Assembly: GCF_001194135.2 (NCBI RefSeq)
Contig: NC_068981.1
Span: 154,332,741 to 154,396,740 of the forward strand
Origin: Octopus bimaculoides
Taxonomy: Eukaryota
Length of the DNA: 64,000 bases
Reading direction: 5' to 3'
The translations under genes and the position numbers were made by a program. This document shows positions 36,454 through 49,600 of this stretch, piece after piece (the first letter of the stretch is position 1; each line of letters opens with the position of its first letter). The notes beneath the pieces are model-generated. The model worked only from the letters and a program-made list of their open reading frames with translations. It searched no databases and had not been told where the DNA came from.

Positions 36454-37936
36454 CCTTCCACCCTTTATTGGCTTACCCAGTATGGAGAGAGTGTGAGCAT
36501 CCAGTAAGATTAAAAAGCAAGGCTTGTCAAACACAGATGAGCTCTTTGAGTCAACAGCAGCCATATCCTGTGGATGAGATGGATGCTACCAAGATTACTA
36601 AGTCCACTGAAATACTTTGATGGAAGTTAAACAATATCTGACCCTATACTGGACATAAAAGAGAGCCTAAGACCAAGTAAAGTATAAAATATTGCTAAAA
36701 AAATTTCAGGTGCCCCATAGTAGAAATTCTATGGGAATGACTTGACTTGAATATGCTAGCAATTATTTTTATTGACTCCCAGATACATCTATAAATGATG
36801 ACATTGCACTCAAGGAAACAATATAACACCAGCATTATAAACCTGTTAATTTCATGCTAACATGGAAAGTAATTGTCAAAATAAGAATTAAGGGCCTTAA
36901 AGAAATTTACCTCTGATTTTCTGGTCAAGAATATTTCATGAATTTTGATTGCATTCTGTTATTAATAATGCTGTTTCTAACTTCTCATGGTCCAGTGTAT
37001 TTTATGTGAATATTCAGAGCTAAAAGGAAATCTGATCCAGTATCTATGTGCCTTACAATTACAAGTCTAGTACCTCTTTGCATTATGGAAATAGATTATA
37101 TATCATATAACAAGTTAAATTGAAGCTTAGTAACTTTATATGACTGGGAATGATGAAATTAACTGAACATTACTTTACTGAACCATTGTATACCGTTCTC
37201 ATCTACACAGATGATATCTTGTATCTTCAAACTAGTATAACATAATGAGATCTAATTTCATTTCACAATCTGTTTCAGAAATAAAGCCTCAGAAACTAAT
37301 GTATTTCTTACTATTTGTATTTAATATTAAGAATGTTTGATATAAAGGATACATTTCTTATCCTTTTAAAGGAATTACTTTTATTTGCTCCAATACTTTA
37401 TAGTTTATAAGAATATATTCATTATAGGACTAAAGATAATATTTTTATATTCATAGTTTTCTTTCTTTTCAAGATAGTTTTTCCTTATAGGAAAACAGAA
37501 TATTAAAAAGTACCACCAACAACAATATATTCATGAACGTATTTATATATCACAAAAAAAGGGCCAAATGAATAAAAAATACTCTACCATTATGCTGATA
37601 CAATGAAATAAATTGGTTATTTGGGTACTGAAGCATTGCAAATCTAATGTAATAGCTACGTAGGTAGCTGCTAAGATATACTTGAGTAAATCTAACAGAA
37701 GGAAGGGCTGGCTAGTTAACTATGAAACAGTTAGAATTACTGTACCTCATTTTCCGATATATACAATCAAGTAGTCGGCATTTTGCCAAATTTTGACCAA
37801 GCCCTTCTGAATGTTAGCATTCCTTTCTATATTTAACATTGTTTGCAGGTCATAATTTAAAACATATAAAACTATTACAATAAAAATAACAGACATGTAC
37901 ATGATTTCTAGAGTATCAAATAATTATTTAAATGTA

Positions 37937-38011
<75 letters not shown>

Positions 38012-38210
38012 TCAATTGACATATATGCCTAGTTCATAATAACTTTTGTGTTATTTGTAAAATACATTTGAAATTCATTCTATAGTATTAGATTTTTATC
38101 AAAATGTTTGGCACCCTAGATTCCTCAAATGTTGGATTAATCACCATCATCATCCAGTATTTTAAATCTGGGTTTTGTCCCCGTTAACAGGGGTGGCTGG
38201 ATCTACGTCA

Positions 38211-40206
38211 ATTTTTCGTTTTCTTCTATACTTTTACTCAGTTTGAAGTATAATTTGCAGTATCTTTCTCAGTAAATTTATGCAAATCACTGTACATATA
38301 TATAAGAATTGTGTCTAGCTTTACTCTAAAGCAATTTTGGTGCTACAAAAAAGAATATATAAGGCTAACAACCAAAAAGTCCTAATTTTAAGTTGCTTCT
38401 CATTTAACTGTCATGCAATTAGAACCTACACATGCAGTCATTTGTGCTGTTAGTCCACACATAAGAAAAGGGATACAAGGTAACCAATATATGTGTTTGT
38501 AAAATCTTTTGTTTACATAGTATGACCACTTAGAATAAAATACTCAAAGTATTATTACTGAGTATGAACATTTTGTTGGCTCCACTGTTTTAATTATGAC
38601 ACACACATACAAACATAGGGATATATGTATATATATATATATATATATGTATATGTTTATATACTTGTGTGCACATAAACTTTTGAAATATTTGAAATCT
38701 CAAAAGTATAACCTTATAAGTTATTGATTTCTGACACTGGCACAAGTTCAGATATTTACCAGGGACAAGGAATAGTTGATAAACAATCAACCCAGTATAT
38801 GACTGATAGTTATTTTATTGAACATGAAAGGCAAAGTCAGTCCCAGCAAGATTTATGCTCAGAATGTAGAAGGATGGTTTTAATACTCCATAATTTCTAC
38901 TATTCCATTCACCTCATTTATAAATTTATAATTTCTTCTTTGTATTCGTCTTGTTCATTGATTTTTATATATTCAATAATGATCAGATTGTTTAGTCTGC
39001 TCATTAATCACTGTGTATCTTGTATTATAAAACAACGTTTGCTAAACTAAAAGACATGTACATTTCTCATTAAATCTAAGTTTCATTCTGTATTTGAAAT
39101 GCTCAGGCCATCAAAAATTTCACATTGTTAGCTCTACACTTTGAAAATCATTGGATTATTAAAAGTGTTGAGAGAAGTAGGATGTGTTATTTAGATGAAG
39201 CAACTTGTTACATTGCTGGTTGTCAGATAAAAGGCAAAATTTATTTTGAAAAGGTTTGAAGTGAAAACTGTATCACCATAAAGCTTCTACACCTTTTCTC
39301 TCTCAAATTAAAACAACAAAGTTTCGAATCAAAACAAATGAATTATAATTTAAATTTTAGGAACTTTACAATTTAAATCAGATGAACTTTTTATTTAAGT
39401 CAATTTAAAATATACGGAAGTCAGTTTAAAACAGAGCAACTTTTACTCAACACAGACAAAAGTTAAAATAAAGTATATGCAGTTAAAAATTTTAAGAGTG
39501 AAATTAATTCATAAATAAATGAAAAGGTGTGAACTTTTGTGCCAAAGCACTAATTAAGTTATTTAGTGCAATCATCCATTTTAAAGTCTGATAGGGTAAA
39601 ATTTGAACATGTGGCTGCTATATCTAGCTGTTTGAACACTCTCATAGAAGTACTCTTGTTTGTTATACTTAGTGATAATACCCTCCCATCATTTTAGTTA
39701 ACCCATAAACTGTGATAGGCCACCTCAGTGGCCAACGCGATAGTGTGATAGGCCACCTCAGTGGCTAACGTGACAGTGCGATAGGCCACCTCAGTAGCCA
39801 ACTCGACAGTGCGACAGGCCATGTGTGTGGCCACGGAAGTAGGGCATGATCTGACCTAATTTTGATGATGTATAATGTATGCACACGATACCCTTTCACC
39901 CCAGAAAAAGTGTAGTCAATCACAGAAGGTGTTAAGAAACACTGAGTATTTTTTTCGAGTGATAGATCAATGTTGACGTTTACCCAAAATAGGTTCAGCA
40001 GTTTGTGTTACATACAACAAAATCCCAGCAGTTTATGGGTTAAGGGTGTACTTAAGTTGTTTTTAACTTTCAGCCCTATTTCTACTATCCTAGAGGACTA
40101 ATCTTTGTAAGAAGAATGCACATTTTTTGTTTTCTTCTATACTTTTACTCAGCTTGAAGTATAATCTGCAATATCTTTCTCAGTAAATTTATGCAAATCA
40201 CTGTAC
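38211..40206 (+). repeat. ~85-bp direct repeat pair (38211-38296 and 40122-40206)
   Basis: ttttcttctatacttttactcag...cagtaaatttatgcaaatcactgtaca is present twice with few substitutions. Confidence 0.85.
39702..40039. mobile_element. piggyBac-like MITE (338 bp) with a subterminal 33-bp tandem array
   Basis: TTAA-CCCATAAACTG ... CAGTTTATGGG-TTAA is a perfect inverted match. The unit tgtgataggccacctcagtggccaacgcgatag starts at 39711, 39744, 39777 and 39810. Confidence 0.82.
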
Positions 40207-41685
40207 AATTGTTTTTAATTGTCAAAACATATTTTATGTTTTTGAGACATTCAAAATCACAATTCTGAAACATTTGGTTTCAGTTTTAATGCACTTGATG
40301 GCACAACGATAAGCATATATGTAAGGAGAAATTAATTTTTTTATTTTTAATTCTCTCTTAAAATAGCTGTCTTGTTTTATGGATTTTTTATATATTTGTT
40401 TCTTCAATAAAATCCAGGTCAAAAGTTGAGCCAACAGTGTGTTAAATTTAAATGTTCATAAGTTTAAAAAGCAGGCTAAAACATTTTTAGTAAATAGTTT
40501 TTTTTTTTTTTTTTGCCTAGTTTCATATAACACTAAATAAGATGTAAGTAATATATACATCTGGAGTGCTTCTTTTTATTCCATTTCAAAAGGGTTTTCT
40601 ATGAAATTGTCCTATTTGTATTTGGAAAGTAACATGCTGTTTATATGGAGTTGTGCTTAGGCACTTGTATGATAAAAAAAATAAGAAAGGTTAGAACATT
40701 ACAATTTCATGGAAAATCCTGGATATATGCAAGGTTCTGCATAATTGGTGCCAAAAGATGCAATATATATTTAGCAGAGAAATATATTCTATATCACTTA
40801 ATGCCCAGTCTATATCTGCTTGCCAATTGAAGTTGATATTTTTACTGATAAACTGCATTTGTAATTAAAAAAAACTCATGAATGCCATTGGTTACTTATC
40901 CATCATTTTCATCACCATTCCTTCACATCATCCATGATTGCAGGTATATACTTGCATACTTATGTGAACCCTTGATATGATTTAATTATATAGATCCTAA
41001 TAATGGACACTGTTACACATAATGAACACTACACACTTTTGAGCATTTTAATTATGTATGCAAACAATAATACATAATCTGTATATATTAACTTTTGGTT
41101 ACATACCAGTCTTCTATAAAAGTAAAGTCCAAGCTTGGAATGCAAGAAGAAATTACCCATGCCTAAAGTTTTTATTTCTACAACTGAAAATAATGTTACT
41201 AAATTGCAACATTTTCATCTATGCTTTAATAAGCATGTAAGAAAAATATCTATAAAAATGTGTAAATATTGCTTATCTTCTGAAGAGAGTTAAATAGAAC
41301 ATTAGAACTTGGCATTGCTTCAGTATGGCCATAACCATAATAAATATAAAATAATGAAAAAAGGTGCTAAAACTTTTCAATTTAAATTTATACTTAAAAG
41401 TAAATTTTTGGAATGTGTTTCAATATACAGAACATAATTTTTTTTTATCAAATTCACTTTAGTTGGTATTGAAAATTGATATAATCATAAAGTTGTCATT
41501 TGTTGGGTTTAAAATATTCTTTATTTTAATATTTGGGAAATTATTAGATACATGTGTCTTGAATCGCCTTTGTTATCAATTTTTATTTTCCATTTTATCA
41601 TTTAGTAATTATAATTTTCTCTTGATATTCATTCCAGCTGAAATTTTTCAATTTTTATGTTTTTGTACTATATTTTCTTTTCTAG

Positions 41686-41812
41686 ACAAAGTTTGGCTGA
41701 TAAAGTAAAACTCTTCTCTTCTACCAAAACATCAACTGAAAAAGCAAACCGTTCTGACGCTCCTGTTATTCGACGAAAAAATCGAAAAGTTGCTTCTCGC
41801 TTCAACACTCAG
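41686..41812 (+). CDS. SVIL: Coding exon missed by the ORF track (RQSLADKVKLFSSTKTSTEKANRSDAPVIRRKNRKVASRFNTQ)
   Basis: ttttcttttctAG acceptor at 41684-85 and CAG|GTATTT donor at 41813. 127 nt, phase 2/0. SLADKVKLF...RFNTQ resembles supervillin LAEKLALF...RYQTQ (from recall). Confidence 0.9.
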
Positions 41813-42060
41813 GTATTTAATAATATTTAAATTTGCTACTATTTTTGTTTCCTTTTTTTCAAAACAATTTTTTGATATTTTGATTTAAATTTTAAAAAGA
41901 AGCAATAACTAAGTATACTACATGATACATGCTGGGGAAGGTATCTATATTAGATTGTTTCCTGTATGTTTTATGATTCTGATCATGTGGAAGTGCAAAA
42001 GTGTAGAAGAATAACAAGAGTGAGACAGATTCAGCAAATTTATGTTATATTATTAATCCA

Positions 42061-42230
42061 AAGGCTGTGAGCTGGCAGAATTGTTAGCATGCTGGACAAA
42101 ATGCTTTGCGGTATTTTGTCCGTCCTTGTGTTCTGAGTTCAAATTCCGCTGAGGTCGACTTTGCCTTTCATCTTTTTGGGGTTGATGAAATAAGTACCAG
42201 TTATGCACTGGGGTCAATGTAATCTTGTAA
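42061..42230 (+). mobile_element. tRNA-derived SINE (same family as 36237-36453), abutting the mariner relic
   Basis: gagcTGGCAGAATTGTTAGC ... GTTCAAATTCC ... gtcgactttgcctttcatc. Confidence 0.82.
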
Positions 42231-42972
42231 CCTTGAAGATCATGAGCATAGTGGATGCCCATCTGTCATCGATGATGTTCAGTTAAAGACCGTCATTGAG
42301 AAAGATCCACGTAAAACCACTTGAGAACTGGCAAAAGAACTTCAAATTAGCCAGAAAACTGCCTGCAATCCTTTGCATGTGATTGGAAAATCAAAAAAGC
42401 TCGATAAATGGGTACCACATAATTTGAATGAAAATCAGAAAATGTGCAGATATGAAATTTGCTTGTCACTTCTCTATAACCAGACCGTTCCATTTCTCGA
42501 ATGTATTGTAACTTACGATGAAAAGTGGATTCTGTGCAATAATAAAAAAATGTTCTTCGCAGTGGTTGGACCAAAATGAAGCATCAAAAATCTTCCCTAA
42601 ACCCAAATACTTCAAGAAGAAAGTTATGGGGAGTGTTTGGTGATGTACTGCTGGATTCATCCACTATAACTTCTTAAAACCTAGAAAAAACCATTACTAC
42701 AGAAACATATTGCCATGAAATTGCCAAAATGAACAAAATACTGCTATTCCTCTGTTCCAGCATGTATCATGTAGTATACTTAGTTATTGCTTCTTTTTAA
42801 AATTTAAATCAAGAGAAGAGAGCCAATCATTCTTCATGACAATGCTCGACCACACGTTTCATTAATGACTCTCCAGAAATTGAAGAAACTTGGCTACAAA
42901 GTTCTTCCCCACCCAGCTTATTCCCCAGACCTTTTTCCTACCAACTACTACTTTTTCAAGCATCATGATGCT
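42231..42972 (+). mobile_element. Mariner transposase pseudogene fragment (D,D34D type), truncated by a gap
   Basis: KWVPHNL, IVTYDEKWI, ILHDNARPH and HPAYSPDL motifs across ORFs 42373-42579 and 42865-. Contains frameshifts and stops and runs into the N gap at 42973. Confidence 0.93.
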
Positions 42973-43720
42973 NNNNNNNNNNNNNNNNNNNNNNNNNNNN
43001 NNNNNNNNNNNNNNNNNNNNNNNNNNNNNNNNNNNNNNNNNNNNNNNNNNNNNNNNNNNNNNNNNNNNNNNNNNNNNNNNNNNNNNNNNNNNNNNNNNNN
43101 NNNNNNNNNNNNNNNNNNNNNNNNNNNNNNNNNNNNNNNNNNNNNNNNNNNNNNNNNNNNNNNNNNNNNNNNNNNNNNNNNNNNNNNNNNNNNNNNNNNN
43201 NNNNNNNNNNNNNNNNNNNNNNNNNNNNNNNNNNNNNNNNNNNNNNNNNNNNNNNNNNNNNNNNNNNNNNNNNNNNNNNNNNNNNNNNNNNNNNNNNNNN
43301 NNNNNNNNNNNNNNNNNNNNNNNNNNNNNNNNNNNNNNNNNNNNNNNNNNNNNNNNNNNNNNNNNNNNNNNNNNNNNNNNNNNNNNNNNNNNNNNNNNNN
43401 NNNNNNNNNNNNNNNNNNNNNNNNNNNNNNNNNNNNNNNNNNNNNNNNNNNNNNNNNNNNNNNNNNNNNNNNNNNNNNNNNNNNNNNNNNNNNNNNNNNN
43501 NNNNNNNNNNNNNNNNNNNNNNNNNNNNNNNNNNNNNNNNNNNNNNNNNNNNNNNNNNNNNNNNNNNNNNNNNNNNNNNNCACACACACACATATATATA
43601 TATATAGGGAGAGAGAGAGGACGTAACCATGAGTGTGTATGTGTGTGTGTGTATATATATATATATATGTGTGTATGTATATATGTGTGTATGTATATAT
43701 GTGTGTATGTATATATGTGT

Positions 43721-43772
<52 letters not shown>

Positions 43773-43998
43773 TGTCTGTTTCTGTAATGTAAAAATTGTC
43801 AGGAAATTATTTGTCAGGCAGGAAATCTATATTATTTTTATTTATTTGTATAAAAATTTTCTTGTTTATGCAGATATAAATCTGCTTACTGTAAAGTTAT
43901 TTCATTTTTGAAAATATACCTCGTATCACATTGTAACTTTACACATCTTAAAATTTCAGAAATTATTTTGTTGTATAATTTTACACACGTCCACGCAA

Positions 43999-44049
<51 letters not shown>

Positions 44050-44088
44050 GTATGTATGTATCTATGTATCTGTCTATCTACCTATCTG

Positions 44089-44469
44089 TTCTATATTTAA
44101 GAGATGAGGAATTATGTACATTATTTACATTTGACGGATATTTGTCCTCATCTTGTTTGCTGTTAACACAACGTTTTGCCTGATATATCCTCCAGCTTTC
44201 ATCAGGTGTCTTAGGGGAATTTTGAACCTGGGTTCTCATTCCCAAGGTATTTTTCGATGTTGTTATTATTATTATAAATCTAAGGAAGGATAGGAAAATA
44301 TTAGATTTATAATAATAATAATAATAACATCGAAAAATACCTTGGGAATGAGAACCCAGGTTCGAAATTTCCTAAGACACCTGATGAAGGCTGGAGGGTA
44401 TATCAGCCAAAACGTTGTGTTAACAGCAAATAAGATGAGGACAAATATCCATCAAATGTAAATAATGTA
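44089..44469. mobile_element. Non-coding fold-back (palindromic) derivative of the PLE terminal repeat
   Basis: Arms at about 44117-44283 and 44301-44469 are reverse complements around a 17-nt spacer (ggaaggataggaaaata). The sequence matches the PLE repeat at 32121-32444 minus the tRNA-like segment. Confidence 0.88.
44376..44421 (+). ncRNA. Minimal type I hammerhead ribozyme fold, one substitution from consensus (G12>A)
   Basis: gacac-CTGATGA-a-ggctg-gagggtatat-cagcc-AAAA-CGTT-gtgtt. Stems I and II and the palindromic AACGTT are intact; putative cleavage triplet GUU. Confidence 0.7.
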
Positions 44470-45109
44470 TGTATGTATGTATGTATCTATCTATCTATCT
44501 GCTTGTTGTTCCTACACCTATCTTCGTCTTTTGTTTTCTGTAAATTTGAACTATGTGTGTTTATATATAAACCCTATAATTTCTGATTCAGTCCTATTAT
44601 GTGGCATTTCGAGCAAGTGTCTTCTACTATAGCCTAGGGCCAATCAAAACCTTGTGAGTGGATTTGGCAGATGGAAATTGAAAGAAGCCCATCTGTGTTT
44701 GTACCCCACCATCATTTGACAACTGGTGTTGGTGTGTATATGTGCTTGTAATCTAGTAGTTCAGTAAAGGAATAAAGAAACTGATAGAATAGGTACCATG
44801 CTTAAAAAATTGGTACTGGGCTCAAGATAGGGCCTCAACATTGCTGTAGTCTAATGACTGATATATATACTTAGATAAGTTTTGGCCAGTATTGGCCCAG
44901 GCCTGAGTTGATGTAAAATATTGCACCTGTTTAAATTTTACCTGATGATGGTGGATTGTATATTATATAACCTTTTATGAATGCATTAATAAAATTCTAT
45001 TTTCGTAAATTTTAGAAGCTATTTGCATTTATATATAATATATACATGCACACAAACATACACTCTCACATATATATGTATTTGCGTGTGTGTGTCTATG
45101 CATATATAC

Positions 45110-45165
<56 letters not shown>

Positions 45166-46173
45166 NNNNNNNNNNTGGGTTGGATGGTTTGACCAGGGCT
45201 GGCAAGCTGGAAGGCTGCACCAGACTCCAGTCTGATTTAGCATGTTTTCTATGGCTGGATGCCTTTCATAATGCCAACCACTCCAAGAGTGTAATGGGAG
45301 TTTTTAGGTGCCACTGGCACGGGTGCCATTTGCATGACACCAGTATCTGCCATGCAAAGATGTAAAATAGCTGATGTAAAATTCCAGTGTATTCATCTTG
45401 TACTAGAAACATTAGTATTATTGATTATTTGTATTATGCTAGAAATTATTTAATTAAAAAAAAAATGTTTTTGTTTGTGTGAGTCAAGGCTGTGGGCAAT
45501 TTGAGGTATTATGATAGCCTCTTTATAGTAGAAATGAAACAGTTATCTTTGAAGGCTTCCTGCTGGATAGGAGGCCACTTCATTGCAAGGTTATCTCCAA
45601 TTGTTGGTACCCATGTTTTGCTGAGTGGACTAAAGCAGTGGGACAGGAAGTGCCTTTCTCAAAGACACAATGCACATTTTGTTCTGGGAATAGAATGTAC
45701 AATCTTATGATCATGAGCCAACATGCCAACAACTGGGCCATGCTTCCTATATTTAGCATTAATTTAGTTTATGTGAAATTTTTGTTCCTTGGAATGTGCA
45801 GAAACATTTGACTTGAAGATATTGGTGTAAAATATGAAACATATTATTTTCTAAACAATATTGTCATAGAAAGTTTTAAAAAAACATGTGGGAAAAAGCT
45901 AAAATGATATATGAACATGATCAAATTTCATCTTCTGTTTTAAATTTTGTATACTTACGTTTCTTCTAAAATCACTAAGTGTGATGTATTTCATTAGGTG
46001 CTAACTGATAAAAAGCTTCTCATTAATGCCTGTCAAACTCCCCAATTTTTTTTTAATGTAACAGCAGTTTTGGGATTATTTTATACTGAACAAAGATTAT
46101 GCAGATAAAGAATATCATTTGCTATTGAGTCCTTATTACACATTAGAAAATTGGTTTTATTGGAAAAAATAAA

Positions 46174-46628
46174 TCATCATCATCATCGTTCAACATCTGC
46201 TTTCCATGCTAGCATGGGTTGGATGATTTGACTGAGGACTGGTGAACCAGATGGCTACACCAGGCTCCAATCTGATTTGGCAGAGTTTCTACAGCTGGAT
46301 GCCCTTCCTAACGCCAACCACTCCGAGAGTGTAGTGGGTGCTTTTACGTGCCACCGGCACGAAGGCCAGTCAGGAGGTACTGGCAATGGCCACACTCGAA
46401 ATGGTGTATTTTACATGCCACCTGCACAGGAACCAGTCCAGCGGTACTGGCAACGAACTCGCTCGAATGTCTTTTCGCGTGCCCAAGTGCCAGGAAGGCG
46501 ATATTGGTAATGATCATGCTCAAATGGTGCTATTTACGTGCCACCAGCATGGAAGCCAGACAGCTGGTGCTCTGGCAACGATCACGCTCGGACGGTGCTC
46601 CTAGTGATCTACTGGTACAGGTGCCATC
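46174..46628 (-). mobile_element. RTE-type 3' UTR/tail copy in inverted orientation
   Basis: Closely matches the reverse complement of about 13260-13720; (CAT)n tail at 46174. Confidence 0.8.
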
Positions 46629-49600
46629 ATGATTGAAAACCAATAATATATACGTAGTAAATGATTGAGCACAGGTTTATTGAGTAACTGTATGTTCTTA
46701 AGAAATTAGTAACTAATATAAAACCATTTCACATTTATTAGATGAAGAAATGAAAGTTAATTTTATTTAGAAATCAAATATTATTTTTCTAGACTTTTTA
46801 ACTGTTCTTATAAAAATAACTGATTAGTATAACTATCTTAACTAATGCTTTGCTTTCACAATATTCCTGTTTTCTTTGCTTCAACTACTTGATAAATCAA
46901 AGATTATGTCTTTAATTAAATTTATTCTTGAGATGTATAAACTTATATTTTTATTTTAGTTTATTTAATTTACATTTAATCATAATCAGTTATTAGACTG
47001 TGTAATGTGAAGACAGCTGATTCTGAATATCTGGCTTGTACTTTAAATTACAAGCTGTTGAGAGACAGGAATACATTCCAGTTGGCTGCTATGCAAATTA
47101 AGAAATTTGAAACTCAGCAGAAGATATAACTTATGTATGAGCTTTTAGGTTATAGTCTGAAAGTTTTTAGGTACAATTTGAAAATGATATTATGTAGAAG
47201 AATCAGCTGCCTAGTACCAGGCAAATTATTATTATCTAGTGTAATAAAATTTAAATACTCTCTGAGAGGATAGGGTGAAAGACTGATAGTTAATAAAATT
47301 AGCATTTTGAGTTGGTCTGTGAAACTTATGCATACTTTTTCTTAGATGACTAATAAATTCATACAAGGGTAGTGTTATAGCAATAGAAAAACTATCTAAT
47401 TGCAACATTTTGTAATGGATATAAACAATTAAAAATGGATTGAAAGTATTCTAGCAAAAAAAAAAAAAAACCCAATTCAGTTAAATTATGCAAATATAAA
47501 GATTTGCAAAACACATCCTTCCTGAAGTCTGGAGAAATAGATACAAAAAAGTAATTAATAATAAAATATTCTGAATTCGAATATATAATGCCAAATGTGG
47601 TATTTATATATAGTTCAGTTGAGATGCAGATAGAACAAAATCTATGAAGATTGTTTGTGAACAATTTGTTTGAAAATTTCCAAATAGAAGCAAACTTGAG
47701 GAAGAGGCAAGTGTATTTGAGACTTGAAACTACTAAAATAATTCTATCAGGGTTTTACTCAAAGATTACTGTGAGTTCAATGTATATTTTTGTATGAAGG
47801 TGCCACAAGACATTTCAATGAAATTATTTTGGGCATATATCTCTAAATATTGTATGAACATCTCAAATCAATAAAGATTTTAGAGAATATTATTAATTAT
47901 TGTTTTATTTTCCTGTATATCAGTTACTAAATAAACATATGAATTATATATTTGATAAGGATTTTTCAGTGCAAAGCTTCAAGATTTGAACAGAAAAATT
48001 CTAACCATCACTATAACTCTGGCTGCCTCACTATAACTTTTGAAATCACAATTTAACATCAATAACAATTTTCTTTGCTTTTACTCTCTCTCTTTTGCTG
48101 TTTGGATATGATCATGCACCACTGCATTTTTCCATTTCCAGGCTCAAAAAAATAGGGTTTCTCAGGTAACTGCTTTCTCTATTCACAGGCATGCATAAAG
48201 CTCATGACCTATTTCACTAATTTTAGCTAGCACTGGATGCATGTTTGTGCTTAGTTTATGTACTTCTGTAATGATGGAATGTATTTGACATTACTGTAAG
48301 GAATAACATCTTCAATCAACTCAAATCATGTGATTTATAAGTAAGTTTAATTTGAAGGTTCATTACACACATTTCTTCCAATGACTTCAAATAGAATTGG
48401 AATTATAAACTTATATTGCCTTGAATACATTAAATTGTTTCTAAACTGGAACACCAATGATGTAAAAGTTTTTATATGATGCCTGTAAACAATTATTGTT
48501 TTTGTTTTTCTTTCAACCTGTAAAACAGAGGTGTACAGATATTTAACAGTACTATATATTTACATGTTATACACATATGGCTGAAATATAACCCTTTATT
48601 AATAGCTTCAATAATGTCATACACATCTCTCACATTATTACTATCATCATTATCAGCATCATCAAAATCTTGTGATTCATTTAACATCTGTTTGTTCATA
48701 TCTCTGTGAGTTAGGTTACACCTATCCTATTATGTTAATAATGTGAACTACAAAAGTGGGGTTGGTTGCTATTTTCAGTTTGATTGATTGAAGCCATGCC
48801 CTAAAGTGTAGGGAAGTACTTGTAGCGGAGTTTTAGATGATTGTTTTTGCACTTAGTACAGTAACCACTTATCTACTATGCCTTTATACAATTCTACAAA
48901 ATGAAAACAAACAACGAAATACTTAGTAAATAAAAGAAGTATTTGTAAGAAAGAAATAATTATGTTTAGAAGATACGTATGCCAATTGAGAAAGGCTGTT
49001 GACAATGCTTCAAATAATATCTTCAAGAGAGTTCAGGTTGACTGACACATTCCTTTAGTTATTAGAAAATGAAAAATAAAAAGGGGGAATTTTAACTTTG
49101 ATAGGAAAAAAAAATTTGAACAATTTTTAATTAATATGTTGGAAAACAATGTTAATGTATCTTAGTAAAAAGGTCATTTGAATTTGCAGAGGTGTATAAA
49201 TTATTTGGGTGAGAAGAGTCTATGCATTATGAAAGGGTATTTAGTGAAGAATAATTATATTTAGTAAAATATTACTACTAAGGGGAATTAGTGAAAGCAT
49301 GTCTGTTTAATCATGAGCAGATGAACATTGAGAAGATAACAACTGAAGAGACAGAGAGCTGCACCATCATGTGGCTTGTACTGATTTATGGCTGTGTAAA
49401 CTGGAGCAATATAAAATGAAGTGCTTTGCTCAAGGACATGATGCACCATGGAGAGGAACTAAACGCACAATCTTATAATCACAAGCTCAATAATCTAACC
49501 ACTAGGCTATGCACATCCACTTCAATTCCATAAATCGAAGAGAGCTTAAAATTAATTTAATATAACCACCTTGATTCTTTTGTCATATTGAGTGTAAAAT

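Noticed and set aside
36195-36620. 141-aa ORF
   Set aside because: Mostly the antisense of a tRNA-SINE; no domain and no splice context.
39711-39830. CRISPR-like array (33-bp palindromic repeats)
   Set aside because: The units are contiguous with no unique spacers, there are no cas genes, the context is eukaryotic, and it lies inside a TTAA-flanked MITE.
42862-43911. Long ORFs spanning N runs (also 30434-31011 and 53793-54643)
   Set aside because: Artefacts of translating gaps and microsatellites.
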